Shown: positions 14,620 through 28,184, counted from the stretch's first letter. The stretch is DNA of 47,708 bases from Catajapyx aquilonaris (GCA_000934665.2 JYFJ02003019.1:1-47708), one strand, 5' to 3'. Translations and numbers: made by a program. Notes: generated by a model not told the origin, from the letters alone.

Positions 14620-15003
14620 GTGTCTTTGACCCAGTTTTGATACATGATGATTACTCTGCAGAAAGACCCCTTCGTATGATACAAATAACGCAGATAAGAA
14701 TGTTCAGTGCTAGTCGTTCAGTGCAAATTGAACGGAAATTACAAAAACGCAATAAATAAAGGCGATTTGGAACCGTTCTATTGAGCATAATAATCCCGTC
14801 TCGCTTACTCGATTCACAGACGTTTCATATCACCACGCCATTAGTTATATCGTGGGTTCTCTTACTGTCTTTTAATATGTATAGGCTACTAAATGAGAAG
14901 CACTGAACATTCTGATTTGCATTGTTTCTTCGAATAAGGCGTTACTCTTCATAATCATGTAACAATTAGGTTCGGTGAAGCATTTCTCAGTCTTTACTAG
15001 ATA

Positions 15004-15268
15004 CACTGTACTCCCGATCATCCGGGCTAATGACTGCATGGGTGTTTCCGGATAATCGGAAAACCCGGATAATAATCAGAAAATTGCCCTGGACATAGTA
15101 AGAAATGAGCGGCTATTCACAGGTTTTTAATGTACTAACTGTATAGAAAGTATGCTACTTGGTTGAATCAAAATTTTAAAAAACTTACCATAGATTTTTT
15201 ACTTTGTCTTCTAGAAAAAGTCTTATATTTATTTGTTGGAAAATCCCCGGATAATCTGGGGTACAGTG
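15004..15268. mobile_element. MITE with TA TSD (pogo/Tigger-like ends)
   Basis: TA|CACTGTACTCCCGATCATCCGGG ... CCCGGATAATCTGGGGTACAGTG|TA; internal CCGGATAAT repeats. Confidence 0.8.
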
Positions 15269-16584
15269 TATTTCATTTGGACGAGTCATTGCTTACCACA
15301 ATAGCTATATAAGGGGAAGTGGGGAATCACTGTACTGTGTACACTGATTTTGATATAAAAATTTGCAACTTTAGAACAACTCCGTAAGCCCCAGTTTACA
15401 GCCAATGGTATAGTTGGCAACATAATTATATACAGGTAAAAAGTGCAACCGTCATGTCTTTTCTTATCGAATGGTATGTACCAGAATCCATAATACCTTA
15501 CCATTTGCTGTCTCGCCACTTCATGGAGTAAAATTATATTAAAACCGCACCTTTCCTACGGCGTGTATGGTGCAGGTAGATTTTGCTCAGCAACATGTCA
15601 TGCCAACCTGACGACTGGCTACCACTTTCAAATTAAGTACGGAGTTGCTCCACTTCCCCTTGTTTAGAAGTTGTTGCCCAAACTTTGCAGGCCTGTACAG
15701 CCTAAACCGTACATTTTTGACAAAGCACCACAGGACTTCATGACCCCTCTGGTGTTATGCGCATGTATCACATTTTCCAGATACAAAAAAAAACATAGCA
15801 TTTGAATCGACGAATATTGTTTTTCATAGCACTATTCAGAACTTTCAGCAAGAAAAATGTCACTTTAAAATATTCTGGAACAGTATTTTATCTATCGTCC
15901 GACACTAATTGCAGTTAAAATCAAAGAGTCAGGTATGTACAAAATCGTGATCCAACGCCACCCTAAAGTATTGCATTATTATGCAAATTAAAAATTTGCG
16001 AATGATTTAGCCAAAACGATCTATACGTGTCACTCAAGCATGATATACAAAGGAATTCCAACCGCTTGATCCAAAATATACAGTGGTCAATCTGCATAAC
16101 TTTCATGTGCCCCACAATTGGATCTGTACAGTGAGAGACTCGCCAGTCAGCAAGTTTTGCGCAAGCATTGTGTCGAGTGAATGCTTGGCATATATAGGGT
16201 AGGGCCTACATAATTTAGCTCTGCAGCATGCAAAACTCATTTCAGGTAATTGAATTTAGTTCGCTCCAAATGTGTGTTCTAGCAGAATATTTTCGCCATT
16301 GTTACTTGGCACTATAAAACTGTTTGCAACTCAACCTAAATACTTCGAAAAAGTTGACGCAAATGGATGGGCATTAATTCTGCCTGGGAGCATTAAAAAA
16401 AAGCCTCAGACCATTTCAAAAGCGAGTTTTGTGTCCCCCCCCCCCCCCNCCCCCCCTCCAAGTTGGTGGCGTCAAATAATTCTATACTCGTAGCTTTCAA
16501 TTGAATAATTCAGTCACCGACTGGAAGTTTTGATCTTCGTATAACCTGAAGTTAGCCACCTTGCACAATATACTCAACCATAAG

Positions 16585-16759
16585 ATACTTATGTGGATAG
16601 AGTTTCGATGGGTTCTCTCCGTGTGCGCGTGGGTTTTCTCGGGGTTCTCCCGTTTCCTCCCACTATCAAAATCCATCACATTACAGGCAAATGATTAAAG
16701 TCGGTTATTCAAAAGATGATCCCCTAAGAGGCCCAATAAGGGGCCTATCACGGGGTATC

Positions 16760-16830
<71 letters not shown>
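16585..16830 (+). mobile_element. SINE family A, 5'-truncated copy
   Basis: Aligns to about 12169-12403; GTTCTCTCCGTGTGCGCGTGGGTTTTCTCGGGGTTCTCCCGTTTCCTCCCAC body; (ATT)n tail; TSD TCAACCATAAG at 16574-16584 and 16834-16844. Confidence 0.9.
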
Positions 16831-16833
<3 letters not shown>

Positions 16834-18818
16834 TCAACCATAAGGGACGGCTGTATGAACACAAATTAAACACTTGAAAATAATCTCACTTTTCTTAAAG
16901 AACTGGTAGAATTCGTAAAGTCAGATTCTGCTTAGGCAAGATTTTGTGTCGAGAAAATGCCGGAATTTGTAAATATTTGTGCCAAAGCAGAAACATTTTC
17001 GATTATGTACAGATCCTTCATAACCGGAGATTTCGTACTTAATTTGCGTTAATGCAACAGGACCCAATACTATAATCTAAATTAGCCATTCTGTATGTGT
17101 GTCCTATACAGCAGTACTGGAGCGCTCCCCTTTTACCAGATTAAGCACACAAAAAATTCATGGGAATATCCTACTAGAAAACTACCACAATTCAAGCTCC
17201 ACAGCAGCAAAGCAAATGCTCAGCATTTGACAAAAGCTATAGTAAGAACCAGGGCCCTCGTGCCTACTGGGCCGTCAACGTGGCAATTAATTTCGGACAG
17301 CGTTTCCGGTATAAAGCTATAGAGAGCGTGTACAAAAATCAGCATTTTGAAAGAGCACATTTGAATTCAGATGCACCGTGTGTGAACCCTGTCCAGTACA
17401 CTGAAAAAACGGACTTACCGTCAGCAGATCCGAAATGCTCAGGCATGATGTCCGACTTCCTGCGTTCTGCCATGGTGCCTCAGCCCACCTGGAAAACAAC
17501 AATAAATTACCAATCATGTGCTGAGTGCTCGCAGATTCGCGAATAATTTATGACATCCCTCGCGGCCATATTCAGCTTGCATTATGGCACAAGCCAAATT
17601 ATCATATACGTAGTTATCATATCGTAGTTAAGAATATGAATCAATACCGAGTTGTAAAATCATGGGGATTGGCTTTTGACATAATTTATGCCCATTATTT
17701 CAGTGCATGTGAGGGTTTGGATACCGATGTACTGTATGTGCACACTGACGAATACAATGGATATTTCGATTTCAATGTTCACGAAATCATGCCATTACAA
17801 TTACATCGCAAGAAGTTTTTTAAACCTGGTACAAATGCAGGTATTTTTGGACTGTGATGAGAGACAGGTATAGTGAGTTCATCCTCATACGTCAGCTCCC
17901 TCCCACTGCCTCATGTGGATGCTACCCCCTACGGAAACTCAAACGCAATCACTGAGGGCGATAAGAGGCTCAAAAAAGACGCGGAGTTGTCATTTGACAC
18001 AAAGTAATATGTCAAGCATGACAACGCGCATCTTGCCGAGTTATTGTCGTTCTATGAAGTTGTGTTTGTGGCCGCAGCAGATATGGCTGTGACTCTGTGA
18101 GTGGGAGTTGACCAAGGAACTGAAGGAAGCTGAAAACACTCGAATCGTTCATATTACATATTTTATACATATTAAGCCTGCAAAAGTGAGAAGAGAGACA
18201 AATTCGTTTATACAATATGACTTCAATAATTTGTTGTACTTATTACATAGAAACCCGTCACATCACGAATGATTCAGTGTATCGCCCCCGTATATAAATC
18301 GGGCCAACTGGAATTCAGGTAATATCGATGTTGTTCGTTGAGCGGTTGTGATTTCCGCAGCAACATTTATAAATATTTCATTACTGATGCACAATATTAC
18401 GTTGCATTAGTGGTACAGCGCATATTCAGTAATTATCGACAAATTTGTGGCAGGTGTACAGTACAGGGTGTTCAATAATAAATTACTGTATCATGTGCAC
18501 TCTGCAGGTAAAATGGAATTAACCTATCTGCAGTACGTGTCCTATTAAGCGTTTAATTACAGAATGTTTACCTTATTTTTGGTTGAGAGGTTTGTTCTGA
18601 ATTTACCATATTAGCAGGTAATTTTTGACAACCTCTAAAAGAGGCACAAAGTAACTAAGTATACTTAAAAATAACCAGTTGAATGTTAAGAAAATTTCTA
18701 ACCACAACGGACACTTCCATTGGAACACACTGTATGATATGAACAGTGTGTTTTAAGAATAAGCTCACTGAGTACATGGGAAGTTTTTCTATCTGTTCAT
18801 AAAATATAATATATATGA

Positions 18819-19160
18819 GGAGGGAAGAGTGGCGCTGCGGTAACGTATGCGCCTACGGATGTTAAGGTCCCGGGTTCTATCCCAGCCCGGGGTTCCCCCC
18901 TTCATCTCGTGCAGAGTTGGGCCATCTCTGGCTTCGTCTCGGGTGTAATTTCCTTAGACTAATCCACCCAGGGGAGTTCAAAAAATGACATTAGCAACGA
19001 CATTGCACTGCACGTTGCACATCCCCTCCTGTCATCCTGCCCGTGGGCCCGAGCGTTTCGTAAATGGTTCCAAATGTGTGCATATACATGTAATGTACAA
19101 TTGGGTAATAATAAAAGTCCGTGCGAAGATACCGATAAGGTGAAAAGCACTACCCCTACG

Positions 19161-19230
<70 letters not shown>
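18819..19230 (+). mobile_element. tRNA-derived SINE, family B, full length
   Basis: Head GTGGCGCTGCGGTAACG...GGTCCCGGGTTCTATCCC; high similarity to 21801-22015 and 47205-47350; (ATT)n tail; ATAATATAT on both flanks. Confidence 0.9.
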
Positions 19231-19232
<2 letters not shown>

Positions 19233-20999
19233 ATATATGGAAGCACTTACTTCCCGTACGCTACAAATAACACTGGTCAAAGATTCACATCACTTCCTCT
19301 CCCTGCTAAACAAATTTAATCAACTTCACCTGATTTCCCTGTGAGAACTTTTCAAAGGGGGATTTGCATCCCTTCTGTTAGGCCTATAGGTTTTTACCTG
19401 CGAGGATACCTATGAGCATTCCAATTCAGCAAAGAAACAGCTGATGGATGCCTTCCTTGTCAAAGATATTCTCTGAATATACAATCAATTTCCTTTGAAA
19501 TGAGTCAGGCAGCACTTTGTACCTCGCAATAATATCCAATCTCCAATTTGATACAGGGTCCTCATTATTCCCACACTTATGTAAAACCCGAACCGTCTCG
19601 AGGCTTACGCGTTGAAAAGAGAGCGTATACAGTGAAATGCATAAAGAAAAGTATGTCGAGTGAGCCCTTGGGTTCGTATTTTTGAACACGCATCCAGGTG
19701 TTCCGTTTCAGAGAGCAGGAGACCACGAACTTCCTTTTACTATTAAAAAACACACAAAAAAAACTCAGCCTCATCCTCTTACAGAGACCTACGGTAGTGG
19801 AAGTAATCAAAACCTCTACTTTGAGTCTGACGCTATACTCATTACTTGACTCCACACTTTATTATAAACAAACAAAAAATCTACAGTATCAGCTATATAT
19901 CACAACGCTTGCCTAAGATTCTAGGAAAGTAAGTATTTTGTTTTCCTAATCTTTCAAGGGAAAAACATTATGCAAAAAATTCATATGTGACACCTCATTC
20001 CAAACCAACGATTCCACTGTTCTAAAGTGACATACTCTATACGTGACTTCTCGAGGGGTACTGTAGGACTATCTTTTGGAAAATCCACACAACGGGCAAT
20101 ATTTACCTCTATATACTAATAAAATGTCTCTTTCAAAATGCATTTTGTAATCTATTGCAATGCAGCTCTAATACTACGCTGTACAACAGCATAAGGTAAG
20201 TTATTCATCTATTTCACAAGCAGACATGGTGTTGTATAGTCTACAGTAGATACGTCCTGCTACATATGCCATAAAGTTAACAACATTGTCAGGTCAGCGA
20301 CGTGAGGAGTATTTTAGCATCAATCACGGGCAATGAACGCTTATTTGATGATGCAATATGCCCCATTGTTCAACAGCTTTCACATCAACTAATGCATGTT
20401 GCTATCGACGTCTCCCATATCCGATTTTCTCCCATAATTTCAAGAGGATTTCAACCTTACCGCAAATCTGCCTGCATAAAACATTGCAGGCCTGCAGGCA
20501 TTCAAACTTGCGCCAAAAACGTTGGGTAACTTAGGAACATGTATTATTAGGCCTATCCTGTAGGTTCCATAACAATAGCCATTCCTTAATAAAAATTCAT
20601 GATCCTACTAAGCAATGAGGTCTTACATTGTTCTAAAAAAATTCTCAAAATGGCTGAAACGGGAGCAGCGAAACAGGTGGAATGAGAATTTATCATTGAG
20701 CTCAGCGTTTTGTGCCCCTTCTGAGATGCTCTTATTGATGCATGGGTCTGAAACGTGTCCATAAAGCCACATAAAACTCGGCGTACACAGCTGGATTGAA
20801 GCTATTTAGCCTACCTACAGTTGCATACTAGTACCCTGCGGAAATTAAATATCTGACTACAGAGCCATGCACGACACTACTTCCACTGGGACGCAGAAGT
20901 TGTCTCCCAATTCAATTGTAATAATTCCCGTTGCAATGACTTGGCTTCCTTACACCCTCCTCCCAGCTGCACGCACCACTGACTCACAGTACACTGTTT

Positions 21000-21359
21000 G
21001 GGGGAGGTGTGGTGGCCGAGATGGTAACGTCTCGGCTTGCTGAGTGAAAGGCCCCAGGTTCGATCCCCGCCTGGGGAACTTTCCTTTCACCTGCGTCAGG
21101 AGGGTCTCTGACCTACACCAAGGAAGTGGCAACCTAACCTCCTGGGGGACAGCACATGACCCATTAGCTACGCCATTGCACCTTGCACCCATGTTCCCTC
21201 CCCAAAAATCCATATCCTTTCCCATTGTCCTTGTTTCCTTGCACCGGTGAAAGAAGCGAAAATATATACAGAAAATTGATGGTGGTATGCCACCCCCCTA
21301 TAGCTCCCGTAAGGGACATCACGGGGTAAAATAAAAAATAAATAAATAAAAAATAAAAA
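21000..21359 (+). mobile_element. tRNA-derived SINE, family C, full length
   Basis: A box TGGCCGAGATGG, B box GGTTCGATCC, A-rich (AAAT)n tail, TSD AGTACACTGTT at 20988-20998 and 21360-21370. Confidence 0.9.
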
Positions 21360-22119
21360 AGTACACTGTTGGGATGAGAAAGTGTGACCCAGTAAAGTGC
21401 TGTATTTCCACAATCTTCCCATAACGTAGATTAATCTCTCCACTTTCAAATGATTCTTACTGTAAAATTTACTATTGTCATATTGCGGTAGCTGGTGGAT
21501 ATTCAATCAATGCTTAGCTGGCCAAATGTAATAATTTACCATTCATAATGGCACGTGCAGCACTCGTTTTTTAAAGTACTGATGTAGGCAAGGACTGTAG
21601 GTATAAACTGTACTACCGTAAATGGTGAATCAATATTCATAAATTAAAATCAAATCAAATCATTTCAAATCTAATCATTATCAGGATTTTTAAAACACAA
21701 AAGGCAATAAATTATCACCCTCGTATGTACTTTTTCCGCTCCCCCCTTTTTACCAATTAATCAATCTTCTTTTTTTACTGATATTAATATGGAGCTGTAG
21801 GGGGAGGCGGAGTGGTGCTGCGGTAACGTATGCGCCCACGGATGTTAAGGTCCCGGGTTCGATCCCAGCCCGGGGTTCCCCCCTTCATCTCGTGCAGAGT
21901 TGGGTCGTCTCTGGCTTCGTCTCGGGTGGATATTTCCACTAGACTAATCCACCCGGGGGTGTTCACAAAATGACCAATATGCGACATTGCACTTGCACTT
22001 TGCACATCCCCTCCTACTTACCCTTGGAACAATTAAATAATATCACATTATATGGTTCCAAAAATGGTGGTATTCCACTCCCATAAAAAGGGCCCAAGGG
22101 CCGAGAACGGGGTACAATT

Positions 22120-22427
22120 AATATATATTAATTATATTATACCGTATATTATATTATATTATCATATGTTAATTATATAATATTATATAATATAATATTA
22201 TATAATATAATATTATATTGTTAATAATTGTTATAATGTTAATTATATAATATAATATTATATAATATAATATTATATTGTTAATAATTGTTATAATGTT
22301 AATTATATAATATAATATTATATAATATAATATTATATTGTTAATAATTGTTATAATGTTAATTATATAATATAATATAATAATATAATATAATATAATA
22401 TAATAGTATATAATATAATATATAATA

Positions 22428-22476
<49 letters not shown>

Positions 22477-23083
22477 GATACCCCGTGCTCGAGCCATTCG
22501 GCTCGTTTAGGGGGGAGGGGGAAGGTTCCCAAGGGGGGGCATCCTCGGTTTATAGTCACTCACGACTCTCTCAGATCACCAGACCTTTTCTCTGACCCCG
22601 GGCAGCTAAGGGGGTGCAATGCTGCCCCGGCGTGTCGGGTGAAAAGCGGAAAAAGACCCGGCCAAGCAGAGGTGACGGGGACGGGATTTGAACCCCGGCC
22701 TCCCGCTTGGCTAGTCAGTGGTGTAACCACTAGACTACCACGCCTCCCTTATATATAATATAATATTATATATAATATAATATTATATATAATATAATAT
22801 TATATATTATTATATATCATATATTAATTTTATTATACCGTACCGGTATATTATATTATATATTATATTATATATTATTGTATATCATATATTAATTTAT
22901 TATACCGTATATTATATTATATTATATATTATTGTATATCATATATTAATTATATTATATATTATTGTATATCATATATTAATTATATTATATATTATAT
23001 CATATATTAATTGTATTATATATTATATCATATATTAATTGTATTATATATTATATCATATATTGATTATATATTAATTATAT
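22120..23083. repeat. AT-rich low-complexity/minisatellite tract including a 60-bp unit in about 3 copies
   Basis: 22201-22260 and 22261-22320 are identical and 22321-22380 nearly so; TATATCATATATTAAT variants repeat at 22810-23065; interrupted by SINE D. Confidence 0.9.
22429..22748 (-). mobile_element. tRNA-derived SINE, family D, nested in an AT-rich tract
   Basis: Minus strand GGGAGGCGTGGTAGTCTAGTGGTTAC...GGGGTTCAAATCCC head; ends CACGGGGTATC(AAT)n. Confidence 0.85.
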
Positions 23084-23476
23084 ATATGGAGCTATAGTAA
23101 GTAGTAGTAGTAGCAGCGCATAGTAATGCACAAGACTATGCAAAGTATAGGTCAAACTATACGGATTATTCCCATGTCGTAGTTTTCCTCCTAATATTTA
23201 GGTTTATTCTGCCGAGTCAAAGCGATCCTCTTATAAACGCCTGATATGTCATTTTCGATCACCTTCCACACCATTAGATAATAATATTTGCTAACCAATA
23301 TAATCTTATCTCCTTTCAAATAATCAGCATAATTAATCTAGGCGGGCAAATACCTGTAGTCTAATTCGAATCAGACACGCAGTTTTGCTTGGCTTGGATT
23401 CGCCATTATTAATGCCTACTTGCCTTATGATACAGTGAAGAAAATTACCTTGGACCAAATTGTACAATGTAAACAG

Positions 23477-23576
<100 letters not shown>

Positions 23577-25289
23577 TACCATAGCTTGCACACCGCACCT
23601 AGAAGTCAATCAGCACACGTCTGCTGTCTAAACAGTGATTTCATCCGTCAGCAGAGGAGATTCATGTAGACATAAGGCCTGTTACATGAACACATTAAAA
23701 ACAGGGGGAAATGGCTGTGAGAATACCACAGATAAGAGGAATATCAGCACATTTTAGAGAATAGCTTTGTTTAAACACATCTCACACAAACTCAAGTGTG
23801 GAAATGTGGAATTAACAAAATAATGTAAGTTTACATATTGTTTCGGGTTTCTTCCCATTACCGTCGGCTGGTCTCTTCTCCTGCATCTCTATAAATTATT
23901 GTCATATTCAATAGGCTACTCCTCATCATGACCGTCCGCCAACAATACTCCGGTAAGTTAAGTCGAATATAGAATTTTCACGCCAATTCACACGTATAAT
24001 TGCATCAAAAAACGGCGTGATAAGACCAAAATAATTACTATCAGAAAGTCCCAGATTTGCAGGCACAATTAATACAAATTGGGTACAATGTAATATAGAT
24101 TTTATTGGGCATTTTTAAAAATATCCTTTACTATACGATTACGGTATTTTTTGTGCATGAGATGAAATTTTCTTTCGACATTATGTGATTTTGCTCCCAT
24201 TTGCGTCCGAGTTAACAAAAAGAACCTGTAAGCTTATACTGAAGGCAAACTTTCATTGCTACTATGCACCCACAAGCACCTAAAGAGACGGAGTCTACTA
24301 TATAGAGTCTGAGCTAAGTTCGACCAACAGAAGCAAAGATGCAGAGACTTTCTCTCCACAATCCGACCTCTCCCTTAGCCCCCTGAAGGGATAGAAGTGG
24401 CATTTGTGTGTCTCGGGTCAGCTGCTGGAAGCGTCGGACAGACGGAAATTTAAATGACTATATACTTGAACTAAAGCACTCGTACAAGTTCTGATTTAAG
24501 CCCGTCCGAGATGCAACTGCTAACATATTTTTTCGCGACAAGTTGCATTTCAATCCGTTTTGCGTGGAAGCTGATTTTAAAGTTGTGGAGGACGTATTGT
24601 ACCATGGCAGTTTTACTTAAGCAGGCACTCTACGGGGATTGTGGCAGAATTTCGTTCTCTCTTTTCCTATCTGACAACTGCACTTGCAACTATTTTTATC
24701 GACAAGCGAAGTCTATAGGTAGAGTATATAGTCAGGCACAATATGCATCCCTTGAGTTTGGTACTTTATTTGTCTTCGAAGCTAACTTAATCCTGTATAA
24801 AAGCAACGAATGCGAACGTGCTTGAAAGAATGGGACATTTTATGTTTGGGCCGGTTTGGGCTAACTGAACTGATGCTACCAGTACCAAGGGATATAATGC
24901 CATACGGAGGAAGGAACCTTTTTCAGTAGCGCACATCCACTACCATACAGTATTAGTTCACTTGTACTGTACAGTGGTGGAAAAATGCATTCATTGGTGC
25001 CTGCATTGGTGTTGCTTGCCAAGGTACTGTATACAAGGCATATTTTGCAGTAGTGTACACTTGAATTTAAAGCTGTGAGTCACCTATTAGCATAATTAAA
25101 CTGCTGGTGTCGAAGGCATTATTCCGGGGCTGTTATATTGTGCTTCTTCACCTGGTCAGTCCTGTTTCATTAATTATCAGTAAGCTGTTGACACTATTCC
25201 TCAAATCAGTATCAATCAAAAGCAGAATAAGGCTATAATGATTCTTTATGGAAAGTGTCACATAAAAGAACAAGATGGACTCTAGTCAA

Positions 25290-25606
25290 AATCTCGTTAT
25301 CTTCGTTATAGGTAATGGCATCGTCAAAATCTCTCAGAACTCAGGTTGGAATCTGGAAATTGGAGTGGAAGTTTGGAACTTTGGAATCACTCACAAAATG
25401 AAACGTCAGGACCCTCTCGATATCATACCAATGAAGCTCATTGTCGTCTCGTTCAAGGGCCCACTATACTCGACTTATCCTTAATCACACACGTTTGCAA
25501 GCATATATCCCAGGCCTCGTTCCATAGCATATTGACTAAAACCTCCTGGAATGACGCAGAAGAGCATTTCCCCATCATCTGCGTAATAGTTCCTCAGGAC
25601 TACTGA
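25290..25606 (+). pseudogene. Possible heavily decayed non-LTR retrotransposon APE-endonuclease fragment
   Basis: Across a frameshift: IFVIGNGIVKI (cf. IxxGDFNAK), GVEVWNFGITHKM (cf. GxxLxxFxxxHxL), PTILDLSL (cf. SxIDL), EHFPII (cf. SDHxPI), in the expected order; catalytic residues are not preserved. Confidence 0.3.
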
Positions 25607-27868
25607 AAGCCCTGATCATCCAATAAGTTCCGTACTAGCTGTAATAAGTCCGCTACGTTCCTTCCGAGCACTCCTATATATCTGCATAATGAACCTGATT
25701 GATAGATCTTCGTGAAACGATCCTACTTGAATTTCCCCGAGTGCTTCGCACGGCCCCAATTTCATGAGTAGAAGTGTATATAGTGTTTGTTGTGACGCAA
25801 GATCAGTCTGCATTGGTCTCCTCGCGCATCAGAGCCCTGTGACTATATAGGCTTATCTATATGCATGCCTGCCTCCTATTCAACGGAGTTCGAATCAATA
25901 TTTTTCTCCGTCCGTGGTTTTTCAAGCTGGAGTACAATCTGAGCACTTATTACGCAGGAATAGAGCAAGAGCCAAAATGTGACCAGGCTAGGAGCTCCCC
26001 CTATAGAAATCTCTTCTAAAATGGCGCTAACCGGCGCGGCGTCCATTCCAGCAGGAATCGAGTCCCCGAGAGAAATGGATGAATTCACTAGGCTTAATTG
26101 GCCTTAATTCTACGTTGAAAGGTTGAGTGCCTTATGCAATTAAGCGTCAGCGTGCAGTGTATGGCTACAGGTCTCGGAATGAAAGTCATGGCATCGATTT
26201 CAATTCATTAATTAAGTCACTGACAAGAGCTTCATTTGGAGCAACTTCCATGTTTGGGGTTCAATTACTAACAAGTTGCGGTCATCACCTCGCGGCTTTA
26301 ATCAATGACCGAAAGTCACGGAGTAGATGTACCAACAGGTCGGTTGTCAGTCAATATCCGACGTCCGGTGTCGGCGATAAATTAACTTATTGGTAAGACA
26401 GTGATTTGGGTATAAGAATTCGGAGGACAGTTATGATCCTACTGTTATGGTATGGTTTAATAGTCTGCAGGTAATTTTGAAAGTGCACGTTTTGATTCCC
26501 ATTTGAATGTGACGTCATGTGTTTGTCAATTTGCTTGTCCGGTAGAACTGGAGTCATAACTGATAAATAGAGGGACAAATTTTGGAAAATATGTTCGTAA
26601 ATGCGTTCAAGTGAGGTACACTGCCGCTCAGCTATCACCGCTATATATGTGAATCGATCCACTGAATATTTTAAGTTGCCTTTGAACATATTCTACTTAG
26701 TATACTGCATGGTGTACGTTCAGTGGAAAGAGAGTAAACATTTTGGTCAACTTCGGTCAACACACTGCAAATTCCGGACCTATATCATCGACGCTGTACA
26801 GTACAGCCTAGCACGTAGCCGATACACCAAGGACGCATTCGTTTGTAAGAAAGGCAATAATTATGGCAATAAGGATTATGACGGTGTCCCAATGGTGTCC
26901 AAACATTTCGACTGCTAGTAATCTATGTGGCTTTCCTGACAACATGAACGTCAATGTGCCATTATCATTCACTCAATAACATCACAATAACCTCAGCAGG
27001 TTCAGTCTTCGATTTTGAAAATCTTCCACTTTTTGTTAGGGTATGGTTTTGGGGTTATCTTCCGTCGACATAAAACAATGCCACTGTGGATCAAAATATT
27101 CAGAATATCGTTTCAGTCAAAAGTAATTCATGGCTGTAGACACCAATTACAAAAAAATATATATACTGTATAACTTACTTAGAACGGTATACAGTATTGA
27201 CGTAAAGCAACATTGTGCCACATTACGTAACACAATGCATACGTTTTATACCATTTTCCTCTCTTGTGACATATTTTTATATACTCATTAGGTTAAATCG
27301 CCATATCAGTTGGGTTTGTCCATCCCGACTTATGGTCACGACTCTTCACAATTCCAGACGGCCTTCCTAAATAACATTCCACATGTATGTATAAAAAATG
27401 ATATCGGATTTCTGGGTAATGACTGGGTAATGGCTCCGGGTAAGTTTCGAGTCGATATTGCGCGCTTATGTGGTCATGGGTCAACTCCCACTCGCTCAGT
27501 CAACCTTGAACGTGAAAGCTTGGGACTTGGCTGTTTGGCATTGGTTTCCAAATAGCCACTCACGTAAGGCAGCAGGGCAACGTCGTACAGTATATACATA
27601 TTGGTATATATACACACACACAGGAAAACCAACATATCTCTTTGCGCATGACAGATAAGTTCAGCCAAGCAGAAAGATGTGGCTTGGTTCACATGTCATA
27701 TCATATTACTGGTAGTACGAAAAAGGTTTAGACCTTATAAGAGAGTATTAAAAAATTGAAGTACCTAATTTCGAGCATTTTCAAGTAATTTTACAGCTCC
27801 TATTTTGTTGTAAACCCTATGTTGTAAATACACCAAGATCATGCTTATTTATTATGCTGCTATTACGG

Positions 27869-27918
27869 TATTATTATTATTATTATCATCATCATCATTA
27901 TCATTATTATCATTATTA

Positions 27919-27955
<37 letters not shown>
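27869..27955. repeat. Compound (ATT)/(ATC)n microsatellite
   Basis: Direct reading. Confidence 0.95.
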
Positions 27956-27956
<1 letters not shown>

Positions 27957-28184
27957 GCATGTGACACTCAGAATGGAACTGCCAAGTAATCTGTATACAG
28001 CACAGCGTCAGTAAGTGCCGGCCGGTGTCACCACCCCTAATTGGGTAGTAAGTGCTTGTAACCATCCGTAACAGTAATTGGTGCACATTTAAGCAAGTAA
28101 TTGCTGCTCCCTCAGAAAATGCAAATGTAATTACTGAATAAGGCAATTTTGTGCATTACTTATTTTATTGAATGTCGGGAATGA

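Larger units (their letters stand above)
14358..15780. mobile_element. Old long-TIR element enclosing further inverted-repeat elements
   Basis: AAAGTTTGGGCAACAACTTCTAAA (about 14476-14499) pairs with TTTAGAAGTTGTTGCCCAAACTTT (15663-15686); degenerate complementarity extends outward by about 100 bp. Confidence 0.6.
21801..23083 (+). mobile_element. SINE family B copy with an alternative 3' end and a greatly expanded AT-rich tail containing a nested SINE
   Basis: Head and body 21801-22015 match 18819-19030; the 3' end at 22060-22115 is different; probable TSD ATATGGAGCT[G/A]TAG at 21787-21800 and 23084-23097. Confidence 0.85.

Noticed and set aside
19426..19689. Possible minus-strand coding exon (IIARYKVLPDSFQRKLIVYSEN...)
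   Set aside because: No recognisable domain, an in-frame stop before the nearest donor, and no partner exons.
22201..22380. CRISPR-like regular repeat
   Set aside because: Contiguous 60-bp AT-rich tandem units with no unique spacers, in a eukaryotic context.
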